Below, one piece after another: positions 63,295-64,000 of a stretch of 64,000 bases of DNA. A program made the position numbers and the translations under genes. Below the pieces are notes generated by a model. That model was given only the letters and a program-made list of their open reading frames with translations. It did no database searches and was not told where the DNA came from. Within the stretch, counting starts at the first letter, position 1. Each line of letters starts with the position of its first letter. The DNA comes from Cirrosporium novae-zelandiae (taxonomy: Eukaryota), in the NCBI GenBank assembly GCA_026023565.1, contig JAPETS010000016.1, positions 1-64,000 on the forward strand. The letters are read 5' to 3'.

Positions 63295-63804
63295 TCAATT
63301 TCGTCTCGACCTTCGAATTTGCTTCGAGAGGTAGGACCTTGATATTTGTGAACATTGTAAAAGCAAACTCGGAAGGCCTTTTTGACCTCCGCCGCATTCA
63401 GAATGGATATCGTAGCAACCTTTGCTTCCCGTTTCCATGTCCCTGGTCCCTAACCTGACAAATAAGAGATTCCTATGCATAAATCGCTTCAATAAATTCC
63501 ACCACTCCCTATTCGCCTAAATCCCTTCGTTGATGTCCCTAATGATACTACAGTAAAAGCGAAGAGAGAATTCTGGTATGAATTTGATAACATCCACGAA
63601 GCGAGGCGCCAAAACCGAGATGGCGAAACAAAAAAACACCGAATAACCGATGATTAACAAATGGAGGAAGTGAAAACGTTTCGCGGGGGGTTCTGGAAGA
63701 TGGGGGCAAGGTGGACCGTGCAGTCTTAGATGATATTTTTCATGACAATGTAACATCCATCTATATGTCCTGTGTATCCATGTTCGAGAGATGCTTTCCC
63801 CCAA
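63295..63804 (-). pseudogene. Possible relic of an F-box-like/2EXR-type gene
   Basis: Two in-frame ORFs are joined across a TAG at 63517-63519. KRFHFLHL...FAISVLAPRFVDV and LPSLLLQCSQI resemble the start and end motifs of fungal 2EXR/F-box-like domains. Confidence 0.3.
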
Positions 63805-64000
63805 GTCTTTAATTTTTACCTAGCTCCCAAAACCCTGATCCACCCAAACAAGCCAGTCCATAATGCAGTAACTTATAGCGCCAAAGCTGTACATACCCGA
63901 CTGACTGCCTTCCATCCATTGACACTTCTTCCTTGCGCCTCAGATTCCCGTATGATAATGGTATATAATAAAATGATGATGGGAGGTGATTTGTGCGCCT

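Overview
Eukaryotic DNA from a filamentous ascomycete (GT-AG introns with CTAAC/CTAAT branch sites; Pezizomycotina-type orthologues). Two blocks of conserved housekeeping genes are present. At 3-23 kb: hexose transporter, SWC4, p24, flavocytochrome b2-like, RNR1, SDR, NDUFS7, TRAPPC2L and MCT1. At 42-52.5 kb: MZT1, CUE5, DHX35, PITHD1, VPS20 and RIX7. Between them lies an ~18 kb accessory interval (23.3-41.5 kb). Hand translation through stops and frameshifts there reveals a pair that the ORF track misses: a gasdermin-like pseudogene (minus, ~24.25-25.38 kb) head-to-head with a helical-repeat/CHAT caspase-like protease pseudogene (plus, ~25.6-29.08 kb). I interpret this as a decayed protease-activated pore-forming cell-death module. 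The same interval holds an intact HeLo-like/pseudokinase (MLKL-like) gene, a USP-fold cysteine-protease-like gene, an amine oxidase with a peroxisomal signal, an AFG1-like gene with a premature stop, a frameshifted ZZ/EF-hand gene and a tRNA-like Pol III element. Both ends of the window are microsatellite-rich and lack recognisable intact genes. All calls come from reading motifs by eye; no database searches were run.
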